A stretch of 59,100 nt of DNA, filler included, from Sphacelaria rigidula (taxonomy: Eukaryota), in NCBI GenBank assembly GCA_964200075.2. It is 9 parts of 9 records of this genome, joined end to end, with 100 filler letters (N's around TTAATTAATTAA, not from the genome) between each part and the next. Parts side by side here need not be neighbours in the genome. Positions count along the whole stretch, not along the records: positions 46,047 to 52,523 come from CAXNAA020019846.1; positions 52,624 to 59,100 come from CAXNAA020019847.1; 7 more parts are not named here. One strand, written 5' to 3'. The notes under the pieces were generated by a model. The model was not told the origin of the DNA, made no database searches, and saw nothing but the letters and a program-made list of their open reading frames with translations. Positions 47,965 to 58,210 of this stretch are shown here, piece by piece. Position numbers and translations under genes: made by a program. The stretch's first letter is position 1, and every line of letters begins with the position of its first letter.

Positions 47965-48388
47965 GGGGGGGGTGGGGGGGGTACGTACTCATTTGTTGCT
48001 TGGATCAGTCTTTAAAACCTGGGGAGGGTCGGAGCGGCTGCACGACCATCGTTATGTATTCAGTACAGTACAGTACAGTACAGTTTTGTATTGTATCAAG
48101 AGTACTTACTGTACTGTCGTACCGAGGTTCGCATCATTCGCATCATCTGTGTCTTGCATTCGTTTTTCAAGTGGAAGTTGTCGGCTGCCGGTGCACGACC
48201 TCGCCACGGAACGACCCGGAATTGGGTCACTACACCTGCTGCACTACCGTACAGTAAGTACACGGTCTCTGCACACAAGTCACGGTACAGAGAACATCGG
48301 AAATGTGTTCGTCCAATTGGGAACTGGTGCGAAGTGCCGGTCAGAAACGTGTGTGACTGTGAAACAGAATGATTCAGGGGTCTTGTAG

Positions 48389-48626
48389 TGGGTATGGATT
48401 ATTTGTCAAAGTCTCCGATTTTTTTTCGGGCGAAGAGTATGAAGCCCCTGCGCTTCTGGATGTATTTTGGGGTGTTGACCGCTTTTATTCCCTGAAAATT
48501 GATGTTGACAGGACGGCAAACGCTGAGGAGATCCGCGCAGCATACCTCCGCTTAGCGGCTTGTCTGCACCCGGACAAGGCCTGCAACGCTGCGATACAGA
48601 ACCTCTCGAGAAATCCCAACGCTCAG
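48389..48626 (+). CDS. J-domain (DnaJ/Hsp40-family) protein, exon with helices I-II and HPD
   Basis: ..DRFYSLKIDVDRTANAEEIRAAYLRLAACLHPDKACNAAIQNLSRNPNAQ with a phase-0 donor CAG|GTGAAA. The 5' boundary is uncertain (acceptor at 48388 or 48511). Confidence 0.8.
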
Positions 48627-49214
48627 GTGAAACCTGTTCCATTTGTGCTGTACGACTACAGGTGTATTCACACATGAAGTAGTCAAAATCTAAACATGGT
48701 ATCCTCTCAATCGAGATTTCTTCACAGACCATTTGTCACCTTCACTCGACAGTTTGAGGATCGGTAGGTGTTGGCAAGAGAAGAAGGTTGTACCCAGGAA
48801 ACATTTCTCAGTGTTGTGCTGTCGGAACGATACGGAGTAAAATCCCGTTCATCGACGGGTGTTATTCACCGCATATGACCCAAAAACACGGGTTTTTCGC
48901 TGGAGCGCAATCAACGAAAAACTGAAGCCATCCAACGGGTCATTGTGACGATCCGGATCGATTCGGTTGAGCAAAAGTATGAAAGAGCGAAAATCGCGGG
49001 CTGAATCACTCGTAGGACCCCGACATACCGTTGAGCCCGTAATTAGTTCGGCATTGGTCGTAGATTTTTTTTTTTTCTCGAAACTTGAGTCGGGTACTCA
49101 TGTCTCTAGATTTTCAATGTTTGGGATCGAAGAGAAGCCGTTATGAGTCGCGGTAGACGAAAAACCTGGAAAAAACGCTTCCAATCGAAAACGCTCGAGT
49201 TTAAAGGTTGACTA

Positions 49215-50339
49215 CAGACTGGTTCAGATTGAATACCCAAAATTTATTCCCCGGCTGATGACGAACGCAATACCCAGCCAATATGCACAAATGTCGTATC
49301 ATACTGATCGCAATTGACAGACAAAAAGGGTGACATAGCCAGATTTTTGTTTGAGGCTAAAGCGGTGGCGCTATGGACAATAGTATTTCTCGACCAATCA
49401 GCGCCCTTCAAATTGTTCCGAAATTGAAAACACGAACTCCAAGCCCGATTTCCATCAAATCTCCACAGGGTTCAAATGGTAGTAACCGTCATCAGCTTGG
49501 GAATCTAGCGGGAAAAACAGAGTTGAAAACAGTTCCAACGGGGTCGAATTGTGTCCGAAACCGTAATGTTTCGGTGATGTGGAGCTCTGGCGTCGTCTAA
49601 TTTCCTCTCATGATACGTACGAAAGACCCACGGGGCCTCGAGACGATTTCCCTTTCATCTGTTGTAGAAAAGCTCAGATCATCCTCAAACTTGGCAGTTC
49701 CGTAGGTATTGATGCTCCAAATGGAAAAATTGTATACTCGGCAAGATTTCAAAGTTTCTCCGTTATCTACCGGCTTCCGGGGGTCCCAGCATGAAGACCC
49801 GCCGGAAACCGGTACAGAATGCCTCAACACCAAAAATTGGACATCCTAGGGTTCGGTGGTACCTCAAAGAACATGTGTACCAGTTCTCGTTGCTCAGCTC
49901 AAAGAACTGAATCGGCTGGGTCTTTTAGCGTAAAAACAACCCTCAAAAAGGCCGATTCTGTACTTTAATCGAGTGATTGGGGGGGCACGCAGACTTCAGA
50001 GAACGGTTTCGCATTTTCTCACGCCATTTTTTCGAGTTCGACCACGAAACTTTGCACACATGTTCTGGAGGGCACTATCTGAAACTCGCAGACCGTTTTT
50101 TTCTTCAATTTTTCATGATGGTGGCTTTCTATCGAAGGTCGCGGTTGACCTACTTGACCGGGGGAGGGGTCAGATCCCGACTATCTTGACACCAAAACCC
50201 AAAATATATAAGCCGCGGTCTTCGAGTTTTAGATAGTGCCCTCGACAACATGTGTGCAATTTTTCGTGGTCTAACTCGAAAAAATGGCGTGAGGAAATGC
50301 CGGGGAATAAATTTTTGTTATCCAATCTGAACCAGCTCG
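49215..50339. mobile_element. Non-autonomous Tc1/mariner-like element (about 1.1 kb) in the J-domain intron
   Basis: About 41-bp TIRs, CAGACTGGTTCAGATTGAATACCCAAAATTTATTCCCCGGC and GCCGGGGAATAAATTTTTGTTATCCAATCTGAACCAGCTCG, with TA on both flanks. No transposase ORF. Internal inverted pair at 50010-50080 and 50231-50300. Confidence 0.75.
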
Positions 50340-51699
50340 TACTAGTTTACGATTTAGTGTGGGTCACCGGCAATCATGAAGCACGCAGCTGCTGCTGAGT
50401 AGCACGGGAACGATACCACCTGTGCAATCACATAGCCGGGCAGGTGCGCTGTCAATCCTGGGCCCACCAGAACTGAAGTTCAAAGGAGCGTTTTGTTTCC
50501 ATGTAACATATATTTTTATTTGTAAAAGCGGAGAACACTGTAACCGCCGGGGTAGACGTTGTCGCTATGGTCCGGAATGTCGAGTCTGAATTTTCCTCGT
50601 TTTTGTTGTAGGAACGGTAGCCCAGTTGCAATGCTGTGTTGTTCGGCCCTTATCCGTCGCTACCGTTCGACCTGCGGAAACTGAAGGACAGCCGATATTT
50701 GACAGAATAGGCGATGCCATAGTCAAACCCTGCCACTTTGACCAAGCTCCTCGTTGCGGCGGGGTCTGCAGTATTGCCTCGCAGTCTGTGGTAGTCTTCG
50801 ATTTTTTCGTTGAAGACCCTGGCATGCCGTGAAGAAACTGCAGGGTGCGAAGAAATGCCGACTGCACTTCTTCGAGTATCCGGGGTCTCGCGCAATATGG
50901 GTGTCTGTCTCGTATGTGTGTTTATGTAGGTGCTTGACACATGAGTACCCAAGTGCAACGGCAATCATAGTCCCTAACGAGCTGGCACTCAAACGACAGA
51001 ACAAGAAGGGTCAACTGTTGCGAAATGTTACGGTTCGACTTCCGTACACACCACACAAGTAAGCCATTCCACAGCCTACAACAGTATTGTAGACCATTTC
51101 ACCGGATCATGACGAACGTGGACGTACGGCAGTAGTATCCCGTTCCACTCTTTGACGTCCGCGATAGCAACTTCAGTTGAGTACATCTCTCTCCCTCTCT
51201 CTCTCTCTATGTATACGTCTGTGTTCACTGTTTCGTTGAGCGCCATACTGACCTCTCTGCACTCAAACATTCGTTTTTCGCCGCGAGGAAGATTTCTCGA
51301 CATGCTCACACTTTGGGGCCGCCACAACCCGGGTGGCTTGAACAAAAATGATACATTTTAAGACTGGCTACGGCGGAGTAAGGAGTTCGACACCCAGTAG
51401 TTATAACTTCATGCGCTTTTTTTTTTCAAGAGTATAAGTGTCTCGTTTCCGTTTTTGAAAATGTGAGGGTGTGCCTACAGTAGCACCAACATGTTGACGA
51501 AAGTCGACGCCATGCGGGGGTGCTGGTCAAACCCTCGTTGCCGAAAAAAAGTTAGGCATGTGCCGGGGCAGGGGTGGCGTGGTTCTTTGAGACGATGTGG
51601 TTTCCACCCCCAAGGAATGGGAGGAGTTGCATCTACGACGAAAGAAACGAGCGAACTCAACGTCCAGAGAACTCGCCCCTGAGGTGCCCACCTCCCTCA

Positions 51700-52024
51700 C
51701 TATTTACTTTATTTTCTTATTTGTCGCTCTTTGAACCCCTCCCCTTCCTCGGCACGAGTCCGTCGCCTCAAGGGATCAACCCATCTCCCCTCGGTACACG
51801 CCTTGCATTTTGGTCTCGTGGGTTGGGTCATGACTATCAGCAGTTCCGCACCGCGTCAACTCACGTCAAACCAACTCAGTTCACTACTTTGTTTACTCAC
51901 GTTCTCACGCTTTCCACGATGGGAGTCAGATACCACGAAGAAAACACCCGACGTATCGAGAATCGAACCTTCGTTCTCTCCACCCTAATGACGACAGTCG
52001 GACCATTACACTACCAGGGCGCGG
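51700..52024 (-). mobile_element. tRNA-headed SINE, copy 3
   Basis: Head TGGTAGTGTAATGG..GGTTCGATTC, with a body colinear with copy 1. Confidence 0.8.
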
Positions 52025-52319
52025 CGGCTTGGATAAAGAAGGACCCGCACGGCTCATTACTAACGCGACAATACCTCGGAGGATCACTGGAATTCATCTC
52101 TGAAAGCAAAGTGTGAACCCTATCTAGCTATTTTGTTGGTGCTCGGATCTGTGTAGAGGTCCGCGACCCCGGTTCACTTTTGTCTAGAAGAGCCTTCAAA
52201 ATGCTTGTCCAACCGCGGATATGCCATGGCCCACTATAATGAGTTAATCATGACCAATTGTGATCAGAGGGTGAAAGGTTCAACTGTCGCGCTTCGTGTT
52301 GTGCCTGGATGTTTGTCAG

Positions 52320-52445
52320 GATGGTCCCGTGCTGAATTCGGAGAGTCTCGTGGCGGTCCTGCGACGCGTGCGTCAACGGGCGAATGCACAGTTCGTGCGC
52401 GTGTACCGCGCTTATTGCGTGTTGTCCGACCCGATCAAGAAACAG
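52320..52445 (+). CDS. J-domain protein, exon with helix III
   Basis: tttgtcAG|126 nt|GTGAGT, phase 0. DGPVLNSESLVAVLRRVRQRANAQFVRVYRAYCVLSDPIKKQ supplies the A..F..V..AY.VLSDP half of the J-domain in frame with the 48626 donor. Confidence 0.85.
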
Positions 52446-52523
52446 GTGAGTCGTCCTCACTTCCATCTTCTTCCGTTGTTTGTTTTCGCCCTTGGCCTAG
52501 TTGGGGGAGGGGGGGGGCGTACA

Positions 52524-52623
52524 NNNNNNNNNNNNNNNNNNNNNNNNNNNNNNNNNNNNNNNNNNNNTTAATTAATTAANNNNNNNNNNNNNNNNNNNNN
52601 NNNNNNNNNNNNNNNNNNNNNNN
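52524..52623. other. Artificial contig spacer 8
   Basis: N44-TTAATTAATTAA-N44. Confidence 0.99.
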
Positions 52624-54211
52624 TGGCGCAGCCCGAGGGGGGGGGGGGGGGGTAGCGCAGGACATGCGATCCGTGCGCTCCCACTTCCTTTCCTGTGGCG
52701 TAGAGTAACAAGAGTGCTCACCCGACTTACTTCTCTTCATTCGTCGACGTACTGAATATGACGCGTCACGGACTCACCTCCACAGGTTACTTCTTCCGAA
52801 TAAGAGCTTGTCTTCGGTACTTCTACTACAAATAGTTCACAAGTCGGGTTGCCCACTTGAACCTCATCTCGAAGTTAAACCTCAATTCGCACAATTTGCT
52901 GTTTCACGTAGTTCGTGCATTGTAGCATTGATGCATATCCAGTATGACCTTACGGTTACACAACTAGTTTCGCGCATTAGTAAACGGCAGTGTAACTGTG
53001 AAGTTCTCTCTCAGTTGCATGCATGGTCATGTAAGAGATGCGGTAGTAGGTGGCCCTTATTCCCAAAGGCATGCTCTATCCATCCGGCATTCATTTTAGC
53101 AGATGACATCTCGGGATTCCTTTTCTTTTTATCTCTTTCATATGCGAGAGCAGTTCATTAACTCAAGTGTGCTGGATAAATACTGCGGTCAACACTTTCA
53201 CTCATGCAGCACGGCCACGACTACGATGCATGTGTCCACACAGTATAAATACTCGAACCACAGTGCACGGCAGAGATGATATCGTAATCTTCCGCATGCA
53301 TAGTCCGACATTTGATGTTCGATTGTGATTCGCCACAGTTTGTCCCCACATTCAAAGCACATTGCTCATGAACTGTTAGATTGAGTACACGGTTGGGCTT
53401 ACAAGGAGGAGATAGTGCAGGCCATATACAACCCGTACAGTTATTTTGTACAGACATCCTGCAACAGCATCACAATAAATAAAACGGTAGAATGTCATAG
53501 AACCGAAGGGTGACATCGCAACCCAATGTGCGGAGACACAGGCGATTTTTAATCCAGCAGATCTTCTCGAACTTGAGCATGTGGGAAACAACCATCACAG
53601 AGTTGCTTCACTTGAGCGTTAGCGCAAAGTCACGTGTGGCAAATACCGTCACAACAGGCGTGATGTGTGGAGCAGCATAGCGTGGTTACATTTCAGCTGC
53701 ATCACACTGCAAAACCATGCCGTATAGCAACAGCAGCGTCAGTTGTAAAGAAGTCTAACGTTACTCCATTTCGAAGCAAACACCGAGAGCGTATACTTGA
53801 ATGGGTAGGAGTTCAACTGATGTTCAAGGCCAACCTCGTCTGTATACACCATCCCGTTTCTGGCATGTGAACGAAATGCGCTGGTTTTGGTGCCTACCGT
53901 GAAAGCAAGTCATTCGCCACGGACAGGTCGTCATGTGGTTTCGGGGTTGATAGACAGGTTGATCGACATGACATCCAACAACCACGCATGGTGTTCACAT
54001 AACAGCTATCCCTTTGAAATCATCATTGCCCTCGTTGTGTTCCTCCTTTCAGCTGCATCACACAGCAAAAAGCGGACGTGCAGCACCGGTTGCATGGAAC
54101 GATATAGCAAAGCAGTATAGAGAGTCATGCAATCCTAGTGCAGGGCATCCACCGTGACTCTACTCAATCAGGTAGGTCTACACGAGATTTGAATCCTATA
54201 TATAAATAGTA

Positions 54212-54655
54212 AACACAGGATCTTACACATTGGAGATGGATCTTATATTGGGGATGAGAAACCCGGAGAAGGAAAATCTTCGCATCAACACCAAATCTTC
54301 GAAATATGGTCCCATTTGTTCACGTACTGATAGCTATTGACAACTGCTACACGCCATAGAACTTTGAATCTCGATCAACAAACGTTTGGGGTCCTAGGTT
54401 AGGAACCAATTTTGGGTAATTTTAGATGTCCGAACGGACGCTGAAATGGTTCCGAAATTGGATTTTCACCTAGGACCCCAACATATTGGTGATCGAAACC
54501 TGAATTTCTATGGCGTGTAGCAGTTGTCAATAGCTATCAGTACGTGAAAACATCGAACCATATTTCGAACACTTGGTGTGGATACGGAGATTTTACTTCT
54601 CCGGGTTTCTCATCCCGAATAAAAGACCCATACCCAATTTGTAAGATCCCGTGTT
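54212..54655. mobile_element. Foldback element (444 bp) with possible 4-bp AGTA target duplication
   Basis: Arms of about 215 bp, AACACAGGATCTTACA.. and ..TGTAAGATCCCGTGTT. They include a perfect pair of TTCACGTACTGATAGCTATTGACAACTGCTACACGCCATAGAA. AGTA lies at 54208-54211 and 54656-54659. Confidence 0.85.
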
Positions 54656-54860
54656 AGTAACAGTATTCGATCCGAATGTGCACGCACCATCGCCGTTGTA
54701 TCGCTGCTTCTCTGTCCCGTTTGAGCCACTCTCGGAGGCGGGAGTGGAAATACAGTTAGTAACATAACAGATGTTTGGTGTATGCCGCTATCACAGAACT
54801 GATTTTTGTAGCGAATAACGGCGGGCGTGTGAAAAAGCTGTACTAGTTAGGAACAACCGA

Positions 54861-55210
54861 TAGGGGATTCTATAAAATGAGGTTGATCAATGAAATGAGG
54901 TTTGAGGAGGCTAGCCAGTATGCGACAAAAACCCGAGGGAAGTACCGTCCGCAAGTGCCTTCGATCATTTTCGGAGGGGTATGGCGTACTCATTTGTTGC
55001 TTGCCTTAGTCGTTTGATCATTGACCACGCCCCGTCTCGAAAGGTCAATAGTCAAACGACTAAGGCAGGCAACAAATGAGTACGCCGTACCCCCCCGAAA
55101 ATAATCGAAGGCACTCGCGGACGGTACTTCCCTCGGGTTTTTGTCGCATACTGGCTAGCCTCCTCAAACCTCATTTTATTGATCAACCTCATTTTATAGA
55201 ATCCCCTGTA
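54861..55210. mobile_element. Near-perfect foldback element, mariner-like ends, containing the GTACTCAT module on both arms
   Basis: AGGGGATTCTATAAAATGAGGTTGATCAAT.. pairs with ..ATTGATCAACCTCATTTTATAGAATCCCCTG-TA. Arms are about 165 bp with a loop of about 16 nt near 55026-55041. Confidence 0.9.
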
Positions 55211-57390
55211 GACCATAGTATCGAACCGCGTGACAAGTGTGGTGAACAATCGAATGAAACAGCACAGCATCGAACAGCGCCGCGCGCATCGGTACCGACG
55301 TTGCAGTTGTTTCTCAGTCATCGTATGTTAGATTAGTTCACAGTACACAAATGATCACGTTTAGAGGAAGCAAGTGCGGGACAACTGACATGGACAGAAG
55401 AAATTTGGTATACAAAAGTTACCGCAGTACACATCGATAGCAAAAGAGCTGACTTTGGCAAGATTTTGATCGTCACCCCCCCCTAGCATTTCATGTATTG
55501 ACTTGGTTGCAGACACGATGCTGTCTGCTTATAGTCTCATGCATATCAGTATTAGTGGGTCAGCAGGGAAGTGATAGATGATCAAAGACGAGCCAGGGTG
55601 GGAAAATGCAGTGTAAGGAATCATCGTGTGGTCTCAAGAATCATATAGAGTACAGTATGGTGGGCTGAATACAATACAGTTGTACGGTACCGTGCACCGG
55701 CTCAAGTATCGCTGCAAAAGACAGCGCTTTGTTCGTTCCACGAAAAACGGAACAGCCAACACACTAATGAAGTGTTTAACGGGGTGCAACCTGCACTGCG
55801 TGCCGCCTAACATTTTTTTCTGCAGAGACGAACACAACGACAACATCGCAGCTCACGCAATCCAAACCGTCTTCGCCAGGCGTGGACACACGATCAACTG
55901 TTGTTCCGCACTTTCTTGTTACAGCAAAGCAAGGTTGGCTGACCACATCGCCAGATTCGTCGACACATCATGCATGAACTCAGCGACGTAGTCAGCGCGG
56001 CCGGTTCAAAACCCGCAGTTACGCAACAAAATGTGTAGACTGTACGGATTTTTCATGTTGACTGTACGATATACAGTATGAACACCATCTGAACAGCTGT
56101 AACCGCTGTTACGGACACACCCCAAACATCACCCTCAGTCGGTTAGCTGTGATCGCTGCGCAAACGCTGTGAACATGCATCTCCAGGCGATGCAAGTACA
56201 GCACGCAGCGACTTTGAGCGCAGACGGGATTGATGAAGGACTCGTCCGTTCCGTTTTCCACTCACTGAGTGCAAAATGCGTCATCACATTCGCGGTTATC
56301 GATTGGAGCGAATAACGAATTTTCACATATGGGGACCGGAACATTACTCTGGCTGATGCTTCGTTGAAAAGCGCATTTCGCAAATCGTAGGAAGAAGTGA
56401 TCAGTCGACACAATAGTCGCAGGTTTGAAGCACCATGTTACGGAGAGGCTGGGTAGTAGCCTCTCTCGCTTGTCCGTGCACTAGTTCGTTTTGACTAATG
56501 TCTCAATTGTTATGGTTATCACGATCGCTGCGCAACCACTGTGATGGCGGATCTTCACAAGACGGGGCATAACATGAAATCAACTACTCCAACCAAAACA
56601 TGCAGCATATTGATCCACATACAGTACAGTATGCATTGCTTTGTATGTACTGGCTCACCATTATCGCACAGCAAAACGGTTTCTCAGCACAAGGAATGAC
56701 CGGTTCAACGCAGAACAGCTCATGCAGAATGTCAGGGTGTCTTGATCACAGCTTCAGGGTGATGATTTTCTTTCGTCCTCATCGGTGGTGCTTGGTGCCT
56801 CAATCAATTCAAAAGCTCTTCTTTCTCGCTCAGGGAGAGTGTAAAACCAAGGGTCATGCCGGGTCAAGCAACCACAGCGCGCACGCAGTCGTGTCTGTAA
56901 CCGTTACAACGGACACCCTCCCTCTCCTCTAGTTGGAACACCCGTAGGTCCCATCAACAAGCCCTCCGAGCCCGTCAGTCGAATGGCTGGGCTCATCCTC
57001 GTATTACCCTTCCACCATAACGCCGCGATCTATAACATTACCTGCACCTTTGCTCTAGAACTCATCCCTATTCCTGGCTAAGTACCAACATGAAAAATGA
57101 TCATGACGTGTCACGTGACAGTCATATGTTGGCCAAGTGACATGAATTGGTGTATGTTTATTACGTCGGAGTTTTCAACTTCTTCGCAGTAGTAGTATGT
57201 GATGTTGTGGATGCGGATTCCTGAATCTCCCAACCGGAAAAATGTAGATCAAGATGCCATCGAACGCGGACCCGTGTAATAGCGTGGAATCAAATTTGAG
57301 GCTCACCACTTGGGAGAGGTTGAAGTCGCTATAAAAAGATCGTTTGTTTCGTCAATAGGATTGGGATACATAAGCAGTTTCGATTATGTA

Positions 57391-58210
57391 CACACGTGGG
57401 CAGATAGCATCATGTGGGGCACGTCTACAGGGTTCAGGGAAACTGTGCAGCGTTTCTCGCGGGGATTTGACTGTAGGGTGTTTTTTGCGACACAGGACGC
57501 TTCACAGGGTTTCAGGGAAATTGTGCATCTTGGATCCCATCCGCTGATACCGGTGCAGTGTGCGGAGCTTGCACAGCTGAGGCTGTTCGCAATGAGTTCT
57601 CTTTTTGTTCAATTTCGGGATGAATTAGCGGGCAAAGTGAGGATTTATTTCGAGCTTCTTCTCCCTTATATATTCCAGATCTGCCAGTGTGTGTGTATGG
57701 GATTTATGGAGCAGATGAAGCCGTAAAAACAAATCCTTTTTTGACCAGTTCAATTGGGCAAATATATATATATATATATTGAACAGCTTCATCTGCTCCA
57801 CAAATCCCTTACATGTGTATATGATTTGCGCAGCAGATGAAGCTGTATAAAATAGATCCTTGTTTTGCCCGATTTAACTGGGCAAAAAAAGATCTATTTC
57901 GAATAGCTTCTTCTACTGTCCGAAATTAGTCCTCTTTTTGCCCGATTGCCCAATTGAAAATCGGGCAAAAGAGGAATTATTTGAAACAGCTTCTCTAAAT
58001 AAATACATTTATAGACTCTGTAACAAAATAATTTGAAATTTCCACATTAGGAGTGCCTCTTCACAGGGTTGCTTACAGGGTCTCGAAAGACACACTACAC
58101 AAAGTGCCGGTGGAGGTACTAGGGATTGCAAATTCCGTACAGGGGTTTTCACAAGGACTGCAAAGAACCCTGTGCAGCACGTCCTACAGGGTGCTATCTG
58201 TCCACGTGTG
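57391..58210. mobile_element. Non-autonomous CACTA/EnSpm-like element (820 bp)
   Basis: TIRs CACACGTGGGCAGATAGCA and TGCTATCTGTCCACGTGTG with TA on both flanks. It has repeated subterminal ACAGGGTT motifs and internal inverted repeats (GAGCAGATGAAGC/GCTTCATCTGCTC; TTTTGCCCGAT/ATCGGGCAAAA). Confidence 0.7.

Noticed and set aside
47621..48388. 255-aa ORF with poly-G and poly-F
   Set aside because: It crosses a 10-N gap and homopolymer runs. 47835-47960 looks like error-prone read-through of the repeat seen cleanly at 47975-48028.
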